In this document: positions 20,625-29,553 of the stretch, one piece after another
How the letters are laid out: the number at the start of each line of letters is the position of its first letter
How positions within the stretch are numbered: the stretch's first letter is position 1
From: Candidatus Latescibacterota bacterium
GTDB taxonomy: Bacteria; Latescibacterota; UBA2968; GCA-2709665
NCBI GenBank assembly: GCA_965208835.1
Contig: OZ242358.1
Span: 1,472,001-1,536,000, forward strand
Direction: 5' to 3'
Length of the DNA stretch: 64,000 bases
The notes under the pieces: generated by a model
What the model was told of the DNA's origin: nothing
Database searches by the model: none
What the model saw: the letters and a program-made list of their open reading frames with translations, nothing else
Made by a program: the position numbers and the translations under genes

Positions 20625-20708
20625 AAACGCCCAGGAAGGTGAAATCCTCCTGGGCGTTTATACATAAAGCTCATGGGAACTGCCGGAGCCGATTACGTTT
20701 GGAGGCAT
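20625..20708. repeat. ~84 bp direct repeat, copy 1, with a 12-bp hairpin (possible terminator for the TA pair)
   Basis: AAACGCCCAGGA...TCCTGGGCGTTT; aligns with 22001-22083. Confidence 0.8.
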
Positions 20709-20768
20709 TGACGAGGAGGGGAACGAACCCAGCCGCCAGAACTCACGAACCATTAAACGGGAACCGGT

Positions 20769-21182
20769 TCAATCCTTCGTCTCAGTTGACTCTCTATACA
20801 AATCCAGAACTTCAGGAGGCGTATGAGGAGATTCTTCCAGACCCTTTAAAACACGTTCAAATACATCTGGCCTGAGTTTCTCCGCCCTCGCATTCGTTGC
20901 AAACAGCTTTTCGACATCTCTCATTCTAACGAGCGTTGCATTCTCATAATAGACAATCGAAGGTTCTTTTATTCGAGAGTGCTCTCCCTTTTTCAAAACA
21001 GTCGTCGAATCTTGCCAACGCTTCCGATAAGTGATCACATTTACCAAAATCACCTTGTCATCCAACCCGACAGGTTCGCAAAGCACAATGTTAAGGTGAC
21101 CTCCACTCTTCGATCCATCTGGCAAAATCGCAGTATCGCCAGGACCTACAGGCCCAACAACCGCTCCCTGTACCCCGTGCAT
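20769..21182 (-). CDS. Putative toxin (PemK/MazF-like fold suspected)
   Basis: Overlaps the 3' end of a Panacea antitoxin gene; HLNIVL...VILVNVIT...D.TTVLKKGEH..I..PS.V.Y pattern; AT-richer than its flanks. Confidence 0.55.
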   Translation of the reverse strand: MHGVQGAVVGPVGPGDTAILPDGSKSGGHLNIVLCEPVGLDDKVILVNVITYRKRWQDSTTVLKKGEHSRIKEPSIVYYENATLVRMRDVEKLFATNARAEKLRPDVFERVLKGLEESPHTPPEVLDLYRESTETKD

Positions 21183-21697
21183 CGAATGTCCTCAAGAATT
21201 ACCTCGATATCCTCCGGACAGTAATCCACAGCCTTCAAAATGTCTCTAAGATTGATAGGTACCCTACCCTTCTTTATTTCCGAATACTCAGGAAATTCAT
21301 GCGTATAATCCTTCAATTTTTGAAATGACCAACTCCCAAACCCCCCGTAAAGTCCATCCATGATCTCCCTATCCGACCGAGAAAGACGACCATAATACGG
21401 CAGCTCCCCAGATAAAGAGACACCATATCCATGAGTCACAAAATAAGAATCCCACTCTCTTTCTCTCTTTTTCCCATTTATCAAATCTAACGTATTGCTC
21501 AATATAGGCCCATTCGCCATTGAAAAGTAGCTGTCATACGTAACAGCATAACCACGCTGACGAAGTGACTCCCGATCCAACATGTACAAAAACTTCATAA
21601 GCCTGAACTTATCCCAAACACCCCCTGCTAAATTGAGATAATACGCTGTAGCCTGGACCGTTCTGTCTAAACGAAATTTCGGCGGCGTCCAGTTCAT
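21146..21697 (-). CDS. Panacea-domain (DUF4065/SocA-like) antitoxin
   Basis: LMKFLYMLDRESL..G..VT.D.Y.SM.NGPI.S and L..YTH.FPE motifs; GGAGGA RBS before the ATG at 21697. Confidence 0.85.
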   Translation of the reverse strand: MNWTPPKFRLDRTVQATAYYLNLAGGVWDKFRLMKFLYMLDRESLRQRGYAVTYDSYFSMANGPILSNTLDLINGKKREREWDSYFVTHGYGVSLSGELPYYGRLSRSDREIMDGLYGGFGSWSFQKLKDYTHEFPEYSEIKKGRVPINLRDILKAVDYCPEDIEVILEDIRCTGYRERLLGL

Positions 21698-22000
21698 GTC
21701 GGTTATCCTCCACAGCCGGCTCTTCTGCATCCCTGCCGTCGATCACTTCCTGAATCATCTCGCTTGCAATTTTGTGCCGCATAACCTGCCTACAGAAAAA
21801 GAAGAAGTAAATCTCGCTTCTTGTCAACTACAAATATACCATTCTACTGTTCACGTTTTTTCTGCACATTGTATGTCGGACGGCCTGCCCAATACAGTAG
21901 CCACGAGCCAGAGAATTTCGATAGCTCCCCGACCCTCGGCGAATGAGCAGGCACCATCCCGCATCTGTTGCGCGAACGTACATACCAGACCTGAAATCGT

Positions 22001-22083
22001 AAACGCCCAGGGGGTGAAATCCTCCTGGGCTCTTGTACATAGGGCTTGTGGGAACAGACGAAGCCGATTACCTTTGAAGACAT
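22001..22083. repeat. ~84 bp direct repeat, copy 2
   Basis: AAACGCCCAGGGGGTGAAATCCTCCTGGGC...GGGAAC...AGCCGATTAC.TTTG. Confidence 0.8.
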
Positions 22084-22139
22084 GAAACGCACCGTTGCTG
22101 TGCCCTTTAACCAGGTAAATTCAACCTTGGAGTCCACGA

Positions 22140-24008
22140 ATGAAACCCTTCTCTGAAGATCTGCTCGCGAAGCTGGCGAATGCGACGGTGGCCCCGTACG
22201 AGACGCGGCCGAGAGTGCTGCTGGGTGCTGACGAGGTGAACGGGGTCCGGGAACGGGCGAGGGGGATACCGGGGTTTGTCGACAAGCATGCGGAGGCGGC
22301 GCGAGAGGCGTCGGCAAGCGAGGACCTGTTCGGCGCCGATCCGGAGCTTCCATATTTCTGCCAGACACCGCTCCGCGCCTTGGCGAACGCCGCTTTCATC
22401 CTGGAGGACGAGGCGTTCGCCACCAGAGCGCTCCAGGGCGTGGAGGTGATGTTCTCGTTTCCGCCGGAGGAGTGGGTGGCGCGCCCACACCGGCCCATGC
22501 GATGCGATCACGCCATGCTGAACGTGGCGTCGGCGATCGGTATTTCGACGGACCTGTGCGCTTCGCTCTGGCCGGCTGATGCGGCCGCGTCGATTTCAGG
22601 ACGGATCAATGCTTACACGGTCGCACGGTTTCTCGAAACCTGGGAAAAACAGGATGCGCACTGGTCGAGCCCGAGCTACCATTGGAACTGGAAGATCATG
22701 TGCTGTGGCGAGATGGGAACGGCGGCGATTTCGTGCGCGGAGGCGATTTCGGATCTCGACGCGGTGCTGGGGGCGGCGCTCGAAGGGTGTCTGGACATCC
22801 TTGATTTCGTTCCGCCGGAGGGAGATTGGGCGGAGGGCCCGGGATACTGGCTTGGCACACTGGGGCACGGCGTGAAATTCGGAGTGGGATTACGCCGGGC
22901 GACGGGCGGAGCGGTGGACCTGTTCGAGCATCCGGCGTTGCGGAAAACCGGCGACTATATCGTACACGTGACCGAGCCGGACGGACAGGTCTACAACTTC
23001 AACGATAACGGCATTGCCCTCGGTCCCAGTCTCGACTATCTGTTGCTGCTGGCCAGGCTGCGCCGCCGGGGAGACTGGGCCAGAACCGCGCGCGCAAGCG
23101 ACCACGCGACCGTGGAACGCCTGATCTGGGACGATCCGTCGCTGGTGGATGCGATCCCCGAAGAGAACTCGGGAAGTTATCCGACGACCGGCGTGGTGAC
23201 GATGCGCAGCGGGTGGGATGACCAGGCCACGTTCGTGGGCCTGAAGTCCGGTTCAAGCGCCGTCGGCCATTCGCAGCTGGACGCGAACTCATTCGTCGTC
23301 TCCTCGCGCGGAGAACGGCTGCTGATCGACGAGGGGATCTGGCCCTACGGCCACGACCTGGGATTCTTCGACAGCGGTGGTGGGAAGCGGTGGAATTTCG
23401 ACGGTAACGGAACGATCGGTCACAATACGCTGATGGTGGACGGCGAGGGCCAGCGCTACGGCGCCGAATATCCCGGAAGGATCGTCTCTTTCGACGGGGG
23501 GGAGGAGGTGGACCTGGCGGCCGGTGACGCCACCGCGGCATACGGCGGCAGGTTGAAACGGTATCTGCGGACCCTGGCCTTCTTGAAGCCCGACGTGCTC
23601 CTGGTTTACGACCGGGTCTCGTCGGAGGAGCCCCGGCTCTTCGAGTGGCTGTTTCATCACCGGGCGGACGTGTCAGGTGACGAGCGGCTGACCCGGTTCA
23701 CGCGAAACGGCGTGACGTTGTCTCTGTCCAGAGTGATTCCGGAACACATGGAGTGCTGGCGGATGAGCGACGTAAGGCGCACCAGTACATATACCGAGTC
23801 CAACCAGTTTCGACCGAAGCGGGTCAGCGTCGAATACCGGAGTTACGGGCCGTTTCATCCGTGCCGGGAAATCGAGGTGTTGTGGGCGATCCATGTGGGA
23901 GACGCATCTGATCGGCCGGAAGTCGAGGCATCGGTGGGGGATGGAGCGGCGACGGTCCGGGTGGCATTCCGTAACGGGAACGAGCGAATTGTGACGCTGG
24001 CGAGATAA
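22140..24008 (+). CDS. Heparinase II/III-like protein
   Basis: WNW, WAEGPGYW, MRSGWD, GHSQLDANSF and GHNTLMVDG motifs; no signal peptide evident. Confidence 0.8.
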   Translation: MKPFSEDLLAKLANATVAPYETRPRVLLGADEVNGVRERARGIPGFVDKHAEAAREASASEDLFGADPELPYFCQTPLRALANAAFILEDEAFATRALQGVEVMFSFPPEEWVARPHRPMRCDHAMLNVASAIGISTDLCASLWPADAAASISGRINAYTVARFLETWEKQDAHWSSPSYHWNWKIMCCGEMGTAAISCAEAISDLDAVLGAALEGCLDILDFVPPEGDWAEGPGYWLGTLGHGVKFGVGLRRATGGAVDLFEHPALRKTGDYIVHVTEPDGQVYNFNDNGIALGPSLDYLLLLARLRRRGDWARTARASDHATVERLIWDDPSLVDAIPEENSGSYPTTGVVTMRSGWDDQATFVGLKSGSSAVGHSQLDANSFVVSSRGERLLIDEGIWPYGHDLGFFDSGGGKRWNFDGNGTIGHNTLMVDGEGQRYGAEYPGRIVSFDGGEEVDLAAGDATAAYGGRLKRYLRTLAFLKPDVLLVYDRVSSEEPRLFEWLFHHRADVSGDERLTRFTRNGVTLSLSRVIPEHMECWRMSDVRRTSTYTESNQFRPKRVSVEYRSYGPFHPCREIEVLWAIHVGDASDRPEVEASVGDGAATVRVAFRNGNERIVTLAR

Positions 24009-24023
24009 ACCGCCGAGTCGCGT

Positions 24024-26237
24024 TCAGTTCGACAGCTGCCGCGCACCCTGCGTCGACTGTCTCTCTCTTTCGCGCCGGGCGCTCCGTTCCGCTCGCGTCT
24101 TCTCGTGCATCAGCCAGCCGTACCTCTGGAGCGTCGTGTCTTGCATCTTTTTCGCCGCTGTAAGTTTTCTATATCTGGCCAGATACTGCGCACCCTGCGT
24201 CGTCAGGCCCGCGTGCATCAGACCCACGTAGATCCCCGCCGTAACCCCGGAATCGACGAGTTTGCGAAGTTCCCTCTTCGCGTCGGCGATCCTGCCCTCA
24301 GCAAGATATACTTCTCGCAGCAGGAGACGTCCCAGCGCGAATTCCGGCTTTACGTCCAGGCTGCGCTTGAACGCATTCTCGGCCTGCCTCCAGGCCCTGC
24401 GATGGTAGGCATTCACGCCCTCACTGACGTACCTGTCAGGTAGCGCAGGATCACTTCGGATTTCTGCTATCCACTTTTCCAGGATGTCTTCCACATACTC
24501 ATTTGTCCGCCGATAGACCGTGACCGTGGGGTGATCGAACGCGGTCGTGGTCGGTTCGGCATCCGCTTCGGTATAGGTAAATCCCAGGATTTCCGGGGCC
24601 AGGTTGAACCGCGCGACCCGCTCGAATCCCAGGCTTTCCTCGGCCAGGCGTCGGTAGTAGGTGTGAGCGATCGGGAATCGTCGCGGCACCTTCATGAACG
24701 GCCGCATCCGATTCTCCTCGATCAGGACGATCCAATTGACGTCTGCCAGCCGGTTCTGGATAAACTCGACGTGCGCCTCGAAGGGCAGGTTGCCCTTGGC
24801 ATGCAAGAACCAGGCCGCTTCGTCCTGCTTTCGCCTGTATCGGTCGGCGGGCGCCATCCAGGACGTGGGATATCCGCCTCGCTCCGTCAGCACACCAGCC
24901 CCTTCGGGGATATGCCGCTTAATCCATTCTGCGGCCTCGAAGCGGCTGCTGGAACGGTAGACCCGGGACGTGGCGATGCCGTAGGCGGCCGTCGGAACGA
25001 CCACAAGCGCCACGGGCAACACGTAAACCCAGGCCCTGTTCACGCGCGAGCGGATCCATCCCGCGGCCTCCATGCAGGCCCACGCGCCCATCACCGACAT
25101 AAGGGGTTGCATGGGCGTGGTATACCTCAGGGGTTTGGTGTGTAATCCGCCGACCATAATGAAATGGGGGACCAGCCACGCCAGCAGAATCCACCAGCCT
25201 CTTTCCCTTCTCCAGATTGCAAGCGCGACCCCGGCCAGGGCTGCAATTTCCAGGGGCGTTCCGAATGCATAGCGGAACAAATGCGTGATGAAGAACAGAT
25301 AGGGTGTTGTGGAAAAATCGTATAGCCCCCAGATGCGGATCGTCTCTCCCCTCGCAACCTTCATGCTGGGCAGGAAATTCCGCATGTCTTTCGAGCTCAG
25401 GAATTCGCCGGGCTTCAGAAGGAGGGGTTCGCAGATCACCGCGACCCCGACCACGACCCCGGCGCAAAGCAGCGCTCTCAATGTAAACCCCTGCTTCAAA
25501 CGATTCCAGACCCAGAGGACCCCAGCCGCCATCCAATGCGACCTGCGCTTCCGTTTCCCGCGATGATCTTTGGCGGACTCCATCGGCGCCTCGGGTTTCC
25601 ACACGTGCGCCAGCAGAAAAGGCAGGCACAGCATTCCCGCCATCAGCCGTGTGCCTGCCGCCATTCCGCAGACCAGCCCGCACACCAGGTAGGGACGGGT
25701 GCGGTCCGAAGGCAGTTTCAGGATCATGTAGACGCCCAGCGCGGTCCAGAACGCCAGCGTAACGTCCACGGTATAGAAATGGCACTGCTGAATGTGCCCG
25801 GCGCAAAAGGCCAGAAAGGCCGCGCTCAGGACCCCGGTCCAGATCCCCGCCAGATGCCGGCCGATTGCAAATGCAACCCATACGGTAAGTGTCCCCAGCG
25901 TTGCGGAGATACCCCGGCCGACCAGGTGGGTGAATTTCACCGACCGATTGTCGCTCTTGTCGAACGGTTCGATGTCCGCAACGAAACCGGCGCCCCAGGC
26001 CAGGGCCCACAGAAGATAGGCCGGGCCCTTGGCATAGGCCGTTACCGCTCTCGTTACCTCCTCGCCCACCAACCCGGCGCTCTCGACAACCGTGCGTTCG
26101 TCCGGATGAAAGGCGTGAAACCTGCCGGTTTCGGGATCGGTTCCCCAGCCTATTCCGTAGAACCTCAGAAGCGCCGATGCGGCCAGTACCAGCACAAGGA
26201 GTGCGTATGCGTTCCGGTTTTTTTTAATGATGGACAT
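24024..26237 (-). CDS. GT39/PMT-like polytopic glycosyltransferase with a C-terminal TPR-like segment
   Basis: LLRFYGIGWG, FHPDE, GRGISA and HFYTVD motifs; many TM helices. Confidence 0.8.
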   Translation of the reverse strand: MSIIKKNRNAYALLVLVLAASALLRFYGIGWGTDPETGRFHAFHPDERTVVESAGLVGEEVTRAVTAYAKGPAYLLWALAWGAGFVADIEPFDKSDNRSVKFTHLVGRGISATLGTLTVWVAFAIGRHLAGIWTGVLSAAFLAFCAGHIQQCHFYTVDVTLAFWTALGVYMILKLPSDRTRPYLVCGLVCGMAAGTRLMAGMLCLPFLLAHVWKPEAPMESAKDHRGKRKRRSHWMAAGVLWVWNRLKQGFTLRALLCAGVVVGVAVICEPLLLKPGEFLSSKDMRNFLPSMKVARGETIRIWGLYDFSTTPYLFFITHLFRYAFGTPLEIAALAGVALAIWRRERGWWILLAWLVPHFIMVGGLHTKPLRYTTPMQPLMSVMGAWACMEAAGWIRSRVNRAWVYVLPVALVVVPTAAYGIATSRVYRSSSRFEAAEWIKRHIPEGAGVLTERGGYPTSWMAPADRYRRKQDEAAWFLHAKGNLPFEAHVEFIQNRLADVNWIVLIEENRMRPFMKVPRRFPIAHTYYRRLAEESLGFERVARFNLAPEILGFTYTEADAEPTTTAFDHPTVTVYRRTNEYVEDILEKWIAEIRSDPALPDRYVSEGVNAYHRRAWRQAENAFKRSLDVKPEFALGRLLLREVYLAEGRIADAKRELRKLVDSGVTAGIYVGLMHAGLTTQGAQYLARYRKLTAAKKMQDTTLQRYGWLMHEKTRAERSARRERERQSTQGARQLSN

Positions 26238-26259
26238 ACTCTCAGTATAAATTATGTAA

Positions 26260-27003
26260 TTATCGATATTTACGGACAATATCAACCATGCCGAAGGTGG
26301 CGATGACGAAATCGCGAATTCTTATTTTGGACCCCGCCTCGTCCCTCCATTCCGAGAGCGGGACTTCGTACACAATGTCCCGCACCTGCGGTCGCTCGGT
26401 GCCCGTTCTGGCGCGCATCAGTCTCGCGATGATTTCAACGTCGAAAATCCATCGGTTGGCGAAGGGTTCCCGAAAGAGGACGGGCAGGTCCGGCGTTACC
26501 CTGAAGAGTTTCGCGCCGCATTGCGTGTCGTAGACATCCACGCGGAGAAACAGGGAAGCCGTAATTGCGAACAGCCTCCCCAGCAGGTGCCTCAGCCGAT
26601 TGCGCCGGATTGCCCTGCCCAGGAGGCGCACCCTCGCGCCGAAGGCCATTTCGATTTCCGGCCTGCCGTCCAGGACGCCGCGGAACTCCCGGATGGCTTC
26701 CAGGGGTGTGGCGAGATCGGCGTCCCAGAAACCGACGTAATCGGGATCGGAATCGAGTGCTGCGAGGAAGCCGTGCCTTACCGCTTCGCCCTTGCCCGAG
26801 TTCACCGCAAGCGAATGTACGCCGAAGGACTCGGGGTCCGACGCGCTCAAGCCACGCAGGACGTCCCCCGTGGCGTCCGTGCTTCCGTCATCGACGAACA
26901 GAAACCTGATGCCGTGCGTCTGCCCGACGAACCCCTTGAACGACTCGACGGGAAGACGCTCTGCTTCGTTAAAGCACGGGACGACGATGACGGTTTCCGA
27001 CAT
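26260..27003 (-). CDS. GT2 polyprenyl-phosphate glycosyltransferase
   Basis: VVPCFNE, VDDGSTD, GKGEAVR, DADLATP, DTQCGAK and FDVE motifs. Confidence 0.92.
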   Translation of the reverse strand: MSETVIVVPCFNEAERLPVESFKGFVGQTHGIRFLFVDDGSTDATGDVLRGLSASDPESFGVHSLAVNSGKGEAVRHGFLAALDSDPDYVGFWDADLATPLEAIREFRGVLDGRPEIEMAFGARVRLLGRAIRRNRLRHLLGRLFAITASLFLRVDVYDTQCGAKLFRVTPDLPVLFREPFANRWIFDVEIIARLMRARTGTERPQVRDIVYEVPLSEWRDEAGSKIRIRDFVIATFGMVDIVRKYR

Positions 27004-27106
27004 GCGATTTCACACGTGACGACGAAATGAGGACAGCAGAAAATACAACGCTTAACTCACACAGAGACACAAAGACACAAAGGGAAAAACAAGCGATCAG
27101 CAAAAA

Positions 27107-27236
27107 GCGGGTAGACGTAAGACGTTAGACGGGAGAGATTTCTTGCCTTGTAAGGTCTCTTCTCGTGCCGGAGGCAAGAAGGAAAAAAATCCGGGCAAGG
27201 ACTTCCTCTACCGGCTCACCTCTACCGTCTACCCGC
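27107..27236 (+). repeat. Heptamer-arm repeat family A, copy 2
   Basis: GCGGGTAGAC...GTCTACCCGC terminal IR; core TGCCTTGT.AGG...TGCCGGAGGCAAG...GGGCAAGGA. Confidence 0.8.
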
Positions 27237-27428
27237 ATTTTGGCGACCTCTCCCCCCAGCCCCCTCTCCTGTGAGGAGAGGGGGAGCAAAGGCCGGCGTT
27301 GCTTGCCGGTCATCCAGAAGGACTCTGTTCGATGGTACAACGCTGTTCCGGCAACATTGCATACCCTGTACATCCACCCATCACCGTTCCCCCTTCCTCT
27401 CAGGAACGGGGTAAGGGGGAAGGTCTCG

Positions 27429-27559
27429 TGACGCGAGAAGGAAGACGGGAGAGGGAAGAGACTGCCTGTCTTGTGAGGTTTCTTCTCATGCCGCAGGCAA
27501 GTCGGAGGAACAAATCGGCAAGGGCTTCTTCTCCCGTCTCACCTCTACGGTCTAACCGC
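27429..27559 (+). repeat. Heptamer-arm repeat family A, copy 3
   Basis: Same core (TGCCGCAGGCAAG) between purine-rich and pyrimidine-rich heptamer arms. Confidence 0.75.
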
Positions 27560-27889
27560 TTTTCGGCGACCGGCCGGTCGCCCCTGCTCGTTGCGGACCC
27601 CTCCCTTGTCCATTTGGGGCGCGGGGGTCTGTTCGCGGCAAGAAAATTAAAAACGTGAGTAAGGGACGGGACCTGACAGGCAAGGATCAATGTCTCGTCG
27701 GCATCCTGTCCCCTTGTACGGGCAATATAGCGTAACCAAATTAGCGTGTCAATGCAATCACCTGACGCGAAAGCCAATCGACGTAAGTCCGCCCACCCGC
27801 TTCAGCGGGCAGGATTCGACCCGCCCGGCATGCCCTCAACCGGTATGTGCGCGCCGCCGCCGTCCGGGGTTCAGGACCGCCTGCCGGGC

Positions 27890-27918
27890 TTGACAAAGGT
27901 TTGTGGAGGACGTAGATT
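27890..27918 (+). promoter_or_regulatory. Sigma70-like promoter for the larA-family gene
   Basis: TTGACA-17 nt-TAGATT, ~60 nt upstream of the ATG at 27977. Confidence 0.55.
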
Positions 27919-27976
27919 TCGCGGCGACGTGAGGCGCCAGGCGAAGGACCTGGAGCCTTCGGATCCGGAGGTCACG

Positions 27977-29254
27977 ATGGTAACGGATGAACATCGGGTC
28001 GACGTGGCGTTCGGCCACGGCAGCGTATCCGTCTATGCCGATCCGGAACTGGCGGATTGGGAGGTGATCCGGCCTGCCTTCGAGGCGGCCCTGCCGGACC
28101 CGAAGCGTCGCTTCATGCATGCGATTGATGAACCGGTGGAATGCGATCCGCTTCACGAGATCGTCTCGCCCGGTGACAGGGTGGTCATCGTAACCTCGGA
28201 CGGTACGCGCGCGGTGCCCAACCGGCAGTTGATACCGTGGATTGTCAAGGCCCTGCCGGTCCCCGAAGCAAACGTCACGGTGTTGCTGGGAAACGGAACG
28301 CATCGGGCAAATACGGATGAAGAAATCGCCGGAATGTTCGGCGCTGAGGTTGCCGGCCGGTTGAGGATACAGAATCACGACGCATACGACAGATCGGAAA
28401 ACGTGTACCTGGGAAAATCCGGCTGTGGCACGGACGTGTGGCTGGACAGGGCGTATGTGGAAGCGGACATACGGATTGTGGTCGGATTCATAGAGCCCCA
28501 TTTCTTCGCGGGTTTCTCGGGCGGTCCGAAGGGCGTGGCGCCGGGTGTTGCGGGAATCGAGACGATCTATCGGCTGCATCGGTCCCAACTGATCGCGGAC
28601 CCGATGAGCACGTGGGGTGTGCTCGACGGGAACCCCCTGCAGCGGGAGGTGCGCGAAGCCGTGGCGCTTTGCCCGCCCGATTTCCTGGTGAACGTGACGC
28701 TGAACGGGGAAAAGGAGATTTCGGGGCTTTACGTCGGAGACTGTCTGGAAGCGCATCGACGGGGGTGCGGCGCGGCGCGGGCGGCCTCGATGGCCCCTGT
28801 TGAGAAGCCGTTCCAGGTCGTGCTGACGTCGAATAGCGGATATCCGCTGGATCAGAACCTCTACCAGGCCGTCAAGGGCATGTCGGCGGCCGCCCGCATC
28901 GCTGAAGACGGCGGAAACGTGCTCGTCGCCAGCGAGTGCAGCGATGGCGTTCCGGATCACGGCAACTTCGCCGAGTTGATGCGGGCCGGTGAGGGTCCGG
29001 AGGACGTCCTGCAGGCGGTGCACGACCGGGAGCCCATACTCGACCAGTGGCAGGCGCAGACGCTGGCCGCCATCCTGGAGCGGGTTGAAGTCGGGGTTTA
29101 TTCCAACATGGCGCGAGCCGATATAGAGGCGTGCAAGCTGGCCGCCGTGGACGACCTGAATGCAGCCCTACGCGAGAGGGTTCTTGCGATCGGCCGCGGC
29201 GCGCGGGTGGCGGTGCTGCCGGACGGCCCGCTGACCATCCCGTATCTGGCGTAA
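27977..29254 (+). CDS. larA: LarA-family nickel-pincer-dependent 2-hydroxyacid racemase/epimerase
   Basis: SDGTR, GTHR, IEPHFFAGFSGGPK and DQNLYQAVKG motifs; GGAGG RBS. Confidence 0.88.
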   Translation: MVTDEHRVDVAFGHGSVSVYADPELADWEVIRPAFEAALPDPKRRFMHAIDEPVECDPLHEIVSPGDRVVIVTSDGTRAVPNRQLIPWIVKALPVPEANVTVLLGNGTHRANTDEEIAGMFGAEVAGRLRIQNHDAYDRSENVYLGKSGCGTDVWLDRAYVEADIRIVVGFIEPHFFAGFSGGPKGVAPGVAGIETIYRLHRSQLIADPMSTWGVLDGNPLQREVREAVALCPPDFLVNVTLNGEKEISGLYVGDCLEAHRRGCGAARAASMAPVEKPFQVVLTSNSGYPLDQNLYQAVKGMSAAARIAEDGGNVLVASECSDGVPDHGNFAELMRAGEGPEDVLQAVHDREPILDQWQAQTLAAILERVEVGVYSNMARADIEACKLAAVDDLNAALRERVLAIGRGARVAVLPDGPLTIPYLA

Positions 29255-29337
29255 ACACATAAAGATCAGCGGGATCAGGGGCTGTATACGTCAGGTCACT
29301 GTACGTGAACGGGACCTCTCCCTGTGGCCCTTCAGTA

Positions 29338-29461
29338 GCGGGTAGACGGGAGACGTGAGAGATTGCCTGCCTTGTGACGACTCTTTTCGTGCCGAAGGCA
29401 AGGAGTAAGAATAGATCGGGCAAGGATTTCTTCTAACGTCTTACCTCTTCCCTCTACCCGC
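29338..29461 (+). repeat. Heptamer-arm repeat family A, copy 4
   Basis: GCGGGTAGACGGGAGAC...TGCCGAAGGCAAGG...CTCTACCCGC. Confidence 0.8.
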
Positions 29462-29553
29462 ATTCAGGTTCTTTGTGGCCAATTAAACGTCCTTCTCGCG
29501 TTTATCGATAAATCTTGGTTCAAGCAGAAAATTCAAGGAGCAAGGATTTAAAC

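Noticed and set aside
20625-22083. Integron attC sites around the TA pair
   Set aside because: I could not identify RYYYAAC/GTTRRRY boxes bounding the hairpin, and there is no intI; kept only as unexplained direct repeats.
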